Source: an uncultured Candidatus Saccharibacteria bacterium (GTDB taxonomy: Bacteria; Patescibacteriota; Minisyncoccia; Phycocordibacterales; UBA2100). From it: a stretch of 64,000 bases of DNA. Location of the stretch: NCBI GenBank assembly GCA_964589005.1, contig CAZPQI010000001.1, positions 67,675 through 131,674 on the forward strand. The letters are read 5' to 3'. Shown here one piece after another: positions 9,898-17,777 of the stretch; position 1 is the first letter of the stretch; each line of letters opens with the position of its first letter. The notes beneath the pieces are model-generated. The model was not told the origin of the DNA. It ran no database searches and saw only the letters and a list, made by a program, of their open reading frames with translations. The position numbers and the translations under genes are program-made.

Positions 9898-10030
9898 AAT
9901 GATTTACTTTCAATGTAAAGTCGTATGGTGATTGTACTCGCTTCAAAGTTTTTTACAAATTTAAATGAGATAATAATTCTTTATACTAATTTTCTTTGCA
10001 TTTATCTCAAAAATTGTTCTAATGCCACAC

Positions 10031-10786
10031 ATGAAGCGCAAAATACAGAGAAAAACCATTCTAACAGGAGGTAGTATCCTTGCGGTATTCATATTGCTCT
10101 TCGGAGCGTTCAGCCAGGCTGGCTTTGTATTCGCTGGGCCGTATCTAATAACTAAAGGAGGGACACTACTAATAGAACAAGCTCGGCCACAAAGTAATGT
10201 CTTCATAGACAACAGGCAAGTTGGCATCGTTGACGCTAAGGGCAAAGCTACATTCGCTCGAATCAAACCCGGTAAGAGAAATATTATAGTGTCAAACGAA
10301 AGTGCATGGCCATGGACATTTGAATTCGTTAGTATTTCAAGCGAATCTATTACTCTTGAACCTTTGCAAGTTAATGTAAAAACAGACGGAGAAGTTATAA
10401 CTGATACGGAAAACCCTCTAAACAGTATCGCTATTGAAGCATTCAAAAACTACCAACCGCCTACACAAGCAAATCCGTTAGAGCGCAGTACTCGAAAAAT
10501 TTGGGTTGTCGGTTCAAATATTTTTATGCAACAAGAGAACGGCGAAGTAATAAATATTTACGCCTCACAAAATACCATTAGAAACATTTTTTGGTATGGA
10601 GATCGTGATGGCATCTTAATCATCGCATCTTTAAATAATGTATTCGCTTTAGATGTAAGAGAAATTCCTGTTAAAAATTTCCAACCGATTTATACAGGCT
10701 CCGCGCCCGAGGCAGTCGACGACGAATCAACATACGACAAAATATTTATACACGACGCCGACGGCTACCTATATATCACTATTTAG
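10031..10786 (+). CDS. hypothetical exported protein (signal peptide; PEGA-like beta region)
   Basis: N-terminal basic and hydrophobic segment (KRKIQRKTILTGGSILAVFILLFGAFSQA) consistent with a signal peptide. No catalytic motif recognised. Confidence 0.45.
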   Translation: MKRKIQRKTILTGGSILAVFILLFGAFSQAGFVFAGPYLITKGGTLLIEQARPQSNVFIDNRQVGIVDAKGKATFARIKPGKRNIIVSNESAWPWTFEFVSISSESITLEPLQVNVKTDGEVITDTENPLNSIAIEAFKNYQPPTQANPLERSTRKIWVVGSNIFMQQENGEVINIYASQNTIRNIFWYGDRDGILIIASLNNVFALDVREIPVKNFQPIYTGSAPEAVDDESTYDKIFIHDADGYLYITI

Positions 10787-10789
10787 AAT

Positions 10790-12313
10790 TTAAATATCAC
10801 TCACTATTTCTATCTGTGCCCCAATATCTGCGAGGCGCTCGGCAATACGCTCGTACCCTCTTTCAATTGAATATACGTTTCGCAATAAAGAAGTTCCCTC
10901 TGCTGCAAGCATGGCAATAAGCACCACCACCGCAGGACGAAGAGCAGGTGGACACACTACCTGTGCAGCTCTAAGTTCTGTTGGTCCTGTTACAAATACG
11001 CGATGTGGATCGGCAAGTTTTACATCCGCTCCCAAACGATTAAGCTCAGTAAAATAAATAGCTCTTCCTTCCCAAGCCCAATCGTGGATTAGAGTAGTGC
11101 CCTTTGCTTGTGTCGCAATAGGAACAAAGAACGGTAAGTTATCAATGTTAAGCCCTGGATACGGTAGCGGATGTATTTTTATGGGAGACGCTTTCAACTC
11201 CGATGGATATATCGTAAGGTCTACAAGTTTCGTTTTTCCGTTTTTGGAAAAATACACTTTACCTTGTTCATACTTTAATCCCATGTATGTAAGCTTAAGT
11301 AACTCGACTTCAAGAAACTCAATGGGGCACCTTTTTATTTGCAGTTCAGACTTCGTTACTGCTGCGGCACTTATAAACATCATCGACTCTATCGGGTCTT
11401 CGCTATTGTAGTGTGTAATTTTTTTGTCTATTTCGTCTACCCCATACACGGTTAGAGTCGTTGTTCCTACCCCATCAATACGTACGCCAAATTGCCGCAA
11501 CAAAAAACAAACGTCTTGTACTTGGTAATTAGGTGGAGCGTACTTTATTACTGTTTTTCCAGGAATCAGCGCCGCTGTCATCAGTGCGTTAATCGCAGCA
11601 GTGTCACTCGCCTCATACATAACAATTTCTGTAGGCTTCAATTTTTTTACTTTAAATGAATAGTGATTTTCGTGGGTTCCTACACGAACACCAAGAGATT
11701 CAAGGGCGTGCTTGTGTGCAGCTATTGTTCTATCACCCATATTACATCCACCAGCGTGTGGAAGCGTAAAATCGCCTTTACGATGCACCATTGCGGGAAT
11801 AAGCATAAGTACCGATCGCATTTTGCTTGCAGCACTTTTGTCTATACTGGAAAGTTTAAAACTTTTCGGGGGGGTGATATGTAATGTGCACTCGTTAAGA
11901 GCATCAACTTGCACGCCAATGCTTTTAAATACCTCAATCAGTCTATGAATTTCTTCTATGCGTGGAATTCCATGTAGCACTGTCGGAGCCTTGTTTAAAA
12001 GAGACGCACACATCAAAGCAAGCGCGCCGTTTTTGGAAGTGTTAGTAACTGCTGTTCCATGTAACTTTTTTCCACCGGTAACTTTAAAGTCTAAACCTTC
12101 TTTTAAACCAACAACTTGATGTTGTAATACATCGCTTATTTTCAATAGTTGTGTTGTAGAAAGGTTCTGGTCACCCTTTTCCATGCGCGCAACTGCCGAC
12201 TGCGAAGTTTGCATTGCTTGTGCAAACGCTTTCTGAGTTAACCCGCGCTTACGACGAAGATCTTTGATAAAAAGTCCAATTTTACGATGTGATTCTGAAG
12301 ACATGGGGTTCAA
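10790..12313 (-). CDS. murA: UDP-N-acetylglucosamine 1-carboxyvinyltransferase with an N-terminal XRE-family HTH domain (fusion)
   Basis: Residues 1-65 form an HTH_XRE domain (LRRKRGLTQKAFAQAMQTSQSAVARMEKG). From about residue 70 the sequence is MurA-like (KVTGGKKLHGTAV...NGALALMCASLL), including the active-site Cys loop HAGGCNMGDR. It is a single uninterrupted ORF. Confidence 0.8.
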   Translation of the reverse strand: MNPMSSESHRKIGLFIKDLRRKRGLTQKAFAQAMQTSQSAVARMEKGDQNLSTTQLLKISDVLQHQVVGLKEGLDFKVTGGKKLHGTAVTNTSKNGALALMCASLLNKAPTVLHGIPRIEEIHRLIEVFKSIGVQVDALNECTLHITPPKSFKLSSIDKSAASKMRSVLMLIPAMVHRKGDFTLPHAGGCNMGDRTIAAHKHALESLGVRVGTHENHYSFKVKKLKPTEIVMYEASDTAAINALMTAALIPGKTVIKYAPPNYQVQDVCFLLRQFGVRIDGVGTTTLTVYGVDEIDKKITHYNSEDPIESMMFISAAAVTKSELQIKRCPIEFLEVELLKLTYMGLKYEQGKVYFSKNGKTKLVDLTIYPSELKASPIKIHPLPYPGLNIDNLPFFVPIATQAKGTTLIHDWAWEGRAIYFTELNRLGADVKLADPHRVFVTGPTELRAAQVVCPPALRPAVVVLIAMLAAEGTSLLRNVYSIERGYERIAERLADIGAQIEIVSDI

Positions 12314-12335
12314 GGGTAATTTCTAATGTAAATAT

Positions 12336-12359
12336 GTTATATCATATATGATATAACAC
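12336..12359. promoter_or_regulatory. 24-bp perfect palindrome tgttatatcatatatgatataaca in the divergent murA/priA promoter region
   Basis: Read from the sequence. It lies 23 bp upstream of the HTH-murA start on the opposite strand. Proposed as an operator candidate. Confidence 0.5.
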
Positions 12360-12366
12360 AAGCACC

Positions 12367-14316
12367 ATGACACCTATGGTATGCTGTGCGCATTGGAGAT
12401 TACCGTCTCCAAAACTCTGTATGTTTATCATCCACGTTACACCAGTTGCCAAAGGAGGCATACATCAACTCTCCTACTTTTCGTCCCAAGAGTTTCCTGT
12501 GGGCACTATTATTCAAGTTCCCTTACGTAAGAAAGAAATCCCCGCATTGGTGCTAGAGCGCGAAGACGCGCGCGCAGTTAAATCAATTTTGCGCACAAAC
12601 GTATACGAAACTCGAAAAGTACGAAAACAAGAAGCCGTGCATATATTTTCTCCTGAGTTTGTAAGAGCAGCACAAACTACTGCGGCGTACTTTGCAACAT
12701 CTGTTGGAAGTATCATTCACAGTTATGTTCCTGCTGCTATTTTAGCTGCTCCGAGTGGAAAAAATTCGCCACAACAAATACCTGGAAAAGATTCCGTACC
12801 ATTTGAAAGATGTGTGCTTCAAGTTCCCCGCCACGCTCGCGTCGAAAAATATAAAGTGCTTATTCGAAACCGATTCGCAAAAGGGGAGTCGGTATTGCTG
12901 TGTGTGTCCACTCTTCGAGAAGCTCGGTTCTTTTACGAGCAATACAGTCGCGGTATTGAAAAATATTCGTTTTTGCTTGAAAGTTCGCAAACTAAGAAGG
13001 TTCAACAAGAAACATGGAATGCGGCTCTTTTGGAAAAACACCCTGTACTGATAGTTGCTACTCCTACGTTTATAAGTATCCCCCGTGGTGATATTTCGCT
13101 TTTTATTTTGGAACACGAGATGTCGTCGGCATATAAACAACAAACGCGACCGCGCGCAGATGCTCGTATAGTAATAGAAAACGTCGCTCGCGAAACTAAC
13201 AGCACCCTACTATACGCCGGAACTACTGTGAGTGTGCGAGTACACAAGTTGCTGCACGATGGTAGTGCACACGAACTCGACGAACAGGTACGCAAGTTAC
13301 GCACCGAAAATACCGTTACCATAGTCGATAGTAAAAAATCTCGTCGCAGCGCACGAGAGGAAAAATTAGATTTCCCCGTGCTCTCTGTACAGTCGCTCTC
13401 TGAGTTGTACGAATGCCAAAAAAAAGGGAGGCTCTCTTTCGTATTCACTGCGCGGCGAGGCATAGCATCACAAACAACGTGCAATGATTGCGACACGACA
13501 ATAAAGTGCGTGCACTGCGAGTCGCCAATGGTACTACACGAAAGCCGCGGGCAGCGCGAATTACTTTGTCATCGTTGTGGAAGCATGCGCGATGCAAACG
13601 AAACGTGTGTCTTGTGCGGTAGTTGGAACTTAGTACCACTTGGTATTGGATCAGAACGAATCGAGCAATTTTTAAAAAAACATCTTCCCGATTCCAAGCT
13701 CTTTGTACTTACCCGCGATACTGCCTCGACACCGACGAAAGCAAAAAAGATAATCGAAGAGTTTTATGCAACCCCTGGAGCAATTCTCATCGGTACAGAA
13801 ATGGCACTCCCGTACCTCACCATTGAAGTTTCGTGCAGTATTATGAGCTCAATAGATTCCTTATTGTGTATTGCCGACTTCCAAATTGAAGAGCGAATTT
13901 TTTCAATCATTGCAATGTTGCGCGAACGAACCAGTACCATTTTACTTATTGAAACTGGATCCCCAGAAAACCCAATGCTCAAACATGCTCAAAATGGTGC
14001 ATTAGCTGAGTACGCAGAAGAAGAACTAAAACTACGCGAACAGCTGCGCTACCCTCCGTATGCTCATATTATAAAAATAACGTATACGGGAACAAAAGAA
14101 GCTGCCATACAAAATATGCAAAAATTTGTGGAATGTACGTACGCAAAATACAAACCACGCGTTTTTTCTGGCTTCATACAAAAAGGTCGCGACGTGCAAC
14201 TCCACGCACTTATACGAATACCAGTGGAGAATTGGCCAGATACAGAACTCGCTGCAATTTTAGAAAATTTACCACTTTCTTTTACTGTTGATGTAAATCC
14301 TGAACGAACTCTTTAA
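12367..14316 (+). CDS. priA: primosomal protein N' (PriA) homolog with degenerate ATPase motifs
   Basis: N-terminal 3'-DNA-binding-like region and a Cys4 zinc-binding insertion (CNDCD...CVHCES...CHRCGS...CVLCGS). Helicase-core colinearity (LLESS..ETW, LIVATPTF) is kept. Where Walker A (GxTGSGKTEVY) should be, the sequence reads QVPRHARVEKY. Where DEEH should be, it reads LEHE. The real start may be at the Met 18 codons downstream. Confidence 0.8.
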   Translation: MTPMVCCAHWRLPSPKLCMFIIHVTPVAKGGIHQLSYFSSQEFPVGTIIQVPLRKKEIPALVLEREDARAVKSILRTNVYETRKVRKQEAVHIFSPEFVRAAQTTAAYFATSVGSIIHSYVPAAILAAPSGKNSPQQIPGKDSVPFERCVLQVPRHARVEKYKVLIRNRFAKGESVLLCVSTLREARFFYEQYSRGIEKYSFLLESSQTKKVQQETWNAALLEKHPVLIVATPTFISIPRGDISLFILEHEMSSAYKQQTRPRADARIVIENVARETNSTLLYAGTTVSVRVHKLLHDGSAHELDEQVRKLRTENTVTIVDSKKSRRSAREEKLDFPVLSVQSLSELYECQKKGRLSFVFTARRGIASQTTCNDCDTTIKCVHCESPMVLHESRGQRELLCHRCGSMRDANETCVLCGSWNLVPLGIGSERIEQFLKKHLPDSKLFVLTRDTASTPTKAKKIIEEFYATPGAILIGTEMALPYLTIEVSCSIMSSIDSLLCIADFQIEERIFSIIAMLRERTSTILLIETGSPENPMLKHAQNGALAEYAEEELKLREQLRYPPYAHIIKITYTGTKEAAIQNMQKFVECTYAKYKPRVFSGFIQKGRDVQLHALIRIPVENWPDTELAAILENLPLSFTVDVNPERTL

Positions 14317-14346
14317 CACTATGGTCTTTCAAGGTATAGTCCCTCT

Positions 14347-14880
14347 ATGCGAAATATCGTACACATAGGCAGCCCCGTACTGCGCAAAATTGCTCACGAG
14401 GTTGCACCTGGTGATATTCAAAGTGCGGAAATTCAGAAAATAATACAAGATATGAAAACTGTTCTTTCGAGCGAGAAATTTGGTGTAGCTATTGCAGCTC
14501 CGCAGATAGGAGAATCTCTGCGAATTTTTGCTGTGGGCGGTCCCGTGTTCGCATCGAGAGAAAAAGTAGATTTTGATCCAAAGTTACACCTTGACCAAAT
14601 ATTTATAAATCCCGAGATTCTTAAGGTTTCTAAAAAAACAAAAATCGGCGACGAAGGATGTCTTTCGATTCCTGGAAAATACGGTTCAAAGGTTCTACGA
14701 AACGAAAAAGTTTCGATTTCGTATTATGATGAATTTGGAATCAAAACCGAGCGTGGCGCGTCTAGTTTTCTTGCTCGAATTTTTCTTCACGAAATTGACC
14801 ATTTAAATGGAATACTGTATGTAGACGAAGCTCTCGAGGTAATCGATGTAGACGACGATCTTAAACCTCTCAAAAAATAA
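14347..14880 (+). CDS. def: peptide deformylase
   Basis: Motifs GVAIAAPQIG, EGCLSIPG and HEIDHLNG. Confidence 0.95.
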   Translation: MRNIVHIGSPVLRKIAHEVAPGDIQSAEIQKIIQDMKTVLSSEKFGVAIAAPQIGESLRIFAVGGPVFASREKVDFDPKLHLDQIFINPEILKVSKKTKIGDEGCLSIPGKYGSKVLRNEKVSISYYDEFGIKTERGASSFLARIFLHEIDHLNGILYVDEALEVIDVDDDLKPLKK

Positions 14881-14889
14881 AATAAGTGT

Positions 14890-15747
14890 ATGCAAAACTC
14901 TGATATCAAATTTGTATTTTTTGGCACACCAGAAATAGCAGCAACTATTTTGGATGAACTCAAGATGAAGGAGTTAACTCCTTCACTAATTGTTACCGCA
15001 CCTGATAGGCCCGCAGGACGCGGAATGAAGCTTACGTCCCCTCCTGTAAAAGTGTGGGCTGATGAAAATAGGATTCCAACCCTGCAACCAGAAAAATTAG
15101 ATGAAGATTTTATTGCGAAACTTAAGGAAGACAAATGGGATTTGTTTGTGGTATTCGCCTTTAGTTCAATTTTAAAGAAAGAAGTGATTGAAATACCCAT
15201 TCACGGAACCATAAACCTCCACCCTTCACTTCTGCCGAAACTTCGTGGACCATCACCGATAGTGAGTGCTATTCTTACCGATGCAAAAACTACTGGAGTA
15301 ACTGTAATTCAAATAGATGAAAAAATGGACCATGGCTCTATTCTTGCCCAAGAAGAAATTACTCCCGAAACATGGCCACTTCCTGTTACAGAATTGGAAG
15401 AAACTCTTATGAAAATAGGAGGAGAGCTACTTGCAGACACTATTCCAAAAATTATTAGTAAAGATGTGGAACCACGCGAGCAAGACCACTCCGATGCGAC
15501 GTTTTGTCATATGTTAAAAAAAGAAGACGGACTAATTGACCTAAACGACGACCCCTACCAAAGTCTGTTGAAAATCAAAGCTTACGCAGGCTGGCCAGGA
15601 ACCTATTTTTATGTGAAGAAAAATGGAAAGGAAATTCGTGTAAAAATAACCGAAGCTCGCCTAAGCAGCGACAAGCGTTTACTTATTGAGCGCGTTGTTC
15701 CCGAAGGTAAAAAAGAAATGTCGTACGTAGATTTTTTAAAGTCTTGA
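14890..15747 (+). CDS. fmt: methionyl-tRNA formyltransferase (short)
   Basis: N-terminal formyltransferase fold (VFFGTPEIAA, HGTINLHPSLLPKLRGPSPI) and a C-terminal Fmt domain. Forms a def-fmt operon. Confidence 0.9.
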   Translation: MQNSDIKFVFFGTPEIAATILDELKMKELTPSLIVTAPDRPAGRGMKLTSPPVKVWADENRIPTLQPEKLDEDFIAKLKEDKWDLFVVFAFSSILKKEVIEIPIHGTINLHPSLLPKLRGPSPIVSAILTDAKTTGVTVIQIDEKMDHGSILAQEEITPETWPLPVTELEETLMKIGGELLADTIPKIISKDVEPREQDHSDATFCHMLKKEDGLIDLNDDPYQSLLKIKAYAGWPGTYFYVKKNGKEIRVKITEARLSSDKRLLIERVVPEGKKEMSYVDFLKS

Positions 15748-15798
15748 TGTTTTCTATACTCGTGCAATAGTTATAGTGCTGGGGAAAAGGAGTACGTC

Positions 15799-15969
15799 AT
15801 GCGTATAAAAGATGTATCTTTTGCCGATTCCGTGCGTGCACGAAACTTGGCCAGCCACAGAGTTAAAGGAAAATTTCGCCTTCTAGAATACGTCGAAACC
15901 GCCAACACTTGGATAATAGAAATTGTTCTCGAGTCTGGTGAACACAAAACGATTAAAGGCAGTATATAA
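15799..15969 (+). CDS. small hypothetical protein (56 aa; below ORF-track cutoff)
   Basis: ATG preceded by AAAGGAG. MRIKDVSFADSVRARNLASHRVKGKFRLLEYVETANTWIIEIVLESGEHKTIKGSI. Followed by a hairpin terminator. Confidence 0.35.
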   Translation: MRIKDVSFADSVRARNLASHRVKGKFRLLEYVETANTWIIEIVLESGEHKTIKGSI

Positions 15970-15987
15970 AACTCTGAAAGTAACTGC

Positions 15988-16018
15988 TACCCCACCTATG
16001 AGGCGCTTTTGCGTCTCA
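15988..16018. terminator. hairpin (tgaggcgc tttt gcgtctca) plus T-run between convergent genes
   Basis: Near-perfect inverted repeat with one G:T mismatch, followed by tttgttt. Lies between the small ORF on the plus strand and hpf on the minus strand. Confidence 0.5.
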
Positions 16019-16035
16019 TTTGTTTACTTACATGT

Positions 16036-16398
16036 TTACTCCCAAAACTTTAGCATTTTCTTAATTCTGGCTCCCCCTTCGCGTAAAGAATCGAGACGTT
16101 TTGTTTTACCGCGTCGCAGACGTCGCGCAAGTTCATCTTTCGATTCGTCGATTGCCGCGAGTACCGACTCACCGTGCCCTACTGCGTGTGTTCTGTCGGC
16201 TCCTGCGTGAATAGTAATATCGGCTCTAAAAATTTCACCGCTTTGTTGATTTTGTTTTTTATCTAAGCTTACTTCCACTTGTACATTTTCTAACTCTACG
16301 TTTTGCAGTAACTTAACGAGCATCCCTACTTTTTCTTCTGCGTATGAGCGAATTGTATCGGTAAGTTCTATTGTAGTCGCCTTAAAATCTATGTGCAT
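16036..16398 (-). CDS. hpf: ribosome hibernation promoting factor / RaiA family
   Basis: 120 aa typical of YfiA/HPF (MHIDFKATTIELTDTIRSYAEEK...). Confidence 0.85.
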   Translation of the reverse strand: MHIDFKATTIELTDTIRSYAEEKVGMLVKLLQNVELENVQVEVSLDKKQNQQSGEIFRADITIHAGADRTHAVGHGESVLAAIDESKDELARRLRRGKTKRLDSLREGGARIKKMLKFWE

Positions 16399-16414
16399 AA
16401 TTTTATGTTAGTTA

Positions 16415-16654
16415 CTAAGACTTCTCTGGAACAATTGTAAGCACTTTCTTTCGTGCTCGATGTCCTGTTTTAATTATAACTCTCTCTTTCGGTACACCAA
16501 AATGCTCCCCGATGCATTCTCGTACGCGAATATTCGCCATATTGCGCTGTGCTGCTTCACGGACGTATATTTCAAAAGTCCCATCGGTATGGTGAATAAC
16601 TTTCTCTTTTTTGGAGCTCGGAAAAACTTTTACGTTTACCACTGTCTCTACCAT
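16415..16654 (-). CDS. DUF167/YggU-family small protein
   Basis: 79 aa. The pattern (KVFPSSKKEKV...FEIYVREAAQRNMAN..IRVRECIGEHFGVPKERV) resembles the UPF0235 family. Confidence 0.55.
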   Translation of the reverse strand: MVETVVNVKVFPSSKKEKVIHHTDGTFEIYVREAAQRNMANIRVRECIGEHFGVPKERVIIKTGHRARKKVLTIVPEKS

Positions 16655-16774
16655 TACTTTCTATTATATCACGTTGAAAAAACACTTTTCTCGTGTAGAA
16701 TACGGCTCAGTTCTTTCCAAAGTTATATAGATTTTTTCGCTCCGCGGTAGCTCAGTGGTAGAGCAATCGACTGT

Positions 16775-17026
16775 CGAAGGCAGCCTTTGGTAGTAATATC
16801 AAAGTGAAGAACGAGGTGAATTGACTGGAAACCCTAACGTAAAGGCGAGGGCAATCAGCAGCCAAGCTTAATTGAAGGTTCAGAGACTATTCCGAAAGGA
16901 AGTACTATCCATTGTAATTATTTTGCAACTGGACGGGAAGCGCCTCGCATCCTAATCCGATCACGTCAGTGATTTAGGATGGATGATGATATAGTCCACC
17001 CCTTTTGGAAACAATTGGAAAAGGTG
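16775..17026 (+). mobile_element. putative group I intron (approx 252 nt) in the tRNA-Asn anticodon loop
   Basis: The 5' exon ends in U and the intron ends in G. An internal guide GCAG can pair with exon CUGU to form P1. GGAAACCCUAACG, CCAAGCUU and AGAGACUA match elements I recall from small bacterial tRNA group I introns of the Azoarcus tRNA-Ile / cyanobacterial tRNA-Leu type. A GACGGG...AUAGUCC P7-like pairing is present. The size fits that class. Confidence 0.6.
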
Positions 17027-17046
17027 TAATCGATTGGCCATAGGTT

Positions 17047-17064
17047 CGAATCCTATCCGCGGAG
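17047..17064 (+). repeat. direct repeat copy A (tRNA 3' end gaatcctatccgcggagc)
   Basis: An identical 18-mer recurs at 17445-17462. The pair flank the HNH ORF. Confidence 0.75.
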
Positions 17065-17102
17065 CGAAGTAATCTATACTTAAAGAGTGGTAGACTTAAT
17101 AG

Positions 17103-17435
17103 ATGTCTACCACTAAGAAACGAAAAGAAAAACGTACGTACGCCGATCGTCGTGAGTACATGATAAAGGCAGTCGCTAAACGACGCAGAAAGTTACGAAC
17201 TATGGCTTTAGAGCATGGAGGTGGTAAGTGTACGATTTGTGGGTATAAGAAATGCACTAGAGCGCTCACTTTTCATCACCTGGATCCATCTAAGAAAAAG
17301 TTCGGATTATCTGCCAGAGGGATAACTCGCTCATGGGAAAAAACTAAAGCAGAGTTAGAAAAATGTGTTTTGCTATGTATGAACTGCCACATGGAAATAC
17401 ATGATGGAGTTACTAAAGTTCCAAAGAAAAGGTAA
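17103..17435 (+). CDS. HNH endonuclease
   Basis: 110 aa with CxxC...HHLDP...N...CxxCH, a His-Me finger. Lies immediately 3' of the intron-containing tRNA, bracketed by duplicated tRNA 3'-end sequence. Confidence 0.8.
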   Translation: MSTTKKRKEKRTYADRREYMIKAVAKRRRKLRTMALEHGGGKCTICGYKKCTRALTFHHLDPSKKKFGLSARGITRSWEKTKAELEKCVLLCMNCHMEIHDGVTKVPKKR

Positions 17436-17444
17436 TTTTACGTT

Positions 17445-17462
17445 GAATCCTATCCGCGGAGC
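17445..17462 (+). repeat. direct repeat copy B (partial tRNA 3' end)
   Basis: gaatcctatccgcggagc preceded by gtt. One base of the tRNA T-loop (c) is missing. Looks like an att-site-style duplication. Confidence 0.75.
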
Positions 17463-17489
17463 CATCGACATGCAAAAATATTTTTCAAT

Positions 17490-17517
17490 CCATATTTAAT
17501 TACGTAATTAAATATGG
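17490..17517. promoter_or_regulatory. 28-bp perfect palindrome ccatatttaattacgtaattaaatatgg, with a second aattacgtaatt immediately after
   Basis: Lies about 35 bp upstream of the AbrB-like ORF. The TTACGTAA core is present twice. Operator candidate. Confidence 0.5.
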
Positions 17518-17551
17518 AATAAATTACGTAATTCTGCTAAAATCAAAAATA

Positions 17552-17728
17552 ATGGGACGACGCAAACTAAGTGACAAAAACATACGAAAACTAAGTAAAA
17601 TTGGTGGCAAAAGCATCGGTGTCACGATTCCTATTGAAATGGTGCGTAAATTAGGATGGAGAAGTAAGCAAAAGGTTGTTGTAGAAGAAAGAGGCAAGAC
17701 CATTGTCATCAAAGATTGGAAAAAATAA
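17552..17728 (+). CDS. AbrB/MazE/SpoVT-like small DNA-binding protein (58 aa; below ORF-track cutoff)
   Basis: MGRRKLSDKNIRKLSKIGGKSIGVTIPIEMVRKLGWRSKQKVVVEERGKTIVIKDWKK. The pattern (K.G.s..vtIP.e....lg...g..v.v...g..ivI) matches the swapped-hairpin AbrB/MazE fold. Confidence 0.45.
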   Translation: MGRRKLSDKNIRKLSKIGGKSIGVTIPIEMVRKLGWRSKQKVVVEERGKTIVIKDWKK

Positions 17729-17777
17729 AAATCTTAAATTTTTAGAACAAAGGCTTCTAAACCCTTTTTAGATTTTT

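Larger units (their letters stand above)
16741..17064 (+). tRNA. tRNA-Asn(GUU): tRNA-Asn(GUU), split by an intervening sequence in the anticodon loop
   Basis: Exon 1 (16741-16774) reads TCCGCGG-TA-GCTC-AGTGGTA-GAGC-A-ATCGA-CTGT. Exon 2 (17027-17064) reads TAA-TCGAT-TGGCC-ATAGG-TTCGAAT-CCTAT-CCGCGGA-G. The joined exons give a canonical cloverleaf with U1-A72, a G73 discriminator and a CUGUUAA anticodon loop. It closely resembles Bacillus tRNA-Asn. If spliced 2 nt earlier the anticodon would be UGU (Thr), which is less consistent with the identity elements. CCA is not encoded. Confidence 0.75.

Noticed and set aside
9961-10446. 161-aa minus-strand ORF
   Set aside because: Antisense to the better-supported exported-protein ORF (signal peptide, RBS). 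Cys/Leu-rich junk translation.
16771-17029. Alternative splice register giving anticodon UGU (tRNA-Thr)
   Set aside because: The U1-A72 pair, the G73 discriminator and near-identity of both arms to Bacillus tRNA-Asn favour Asn(GUU). Both registers satisfy the U at the 5' splice site and omega-G at the 3' site, so a 2-nt ambiguity remains.
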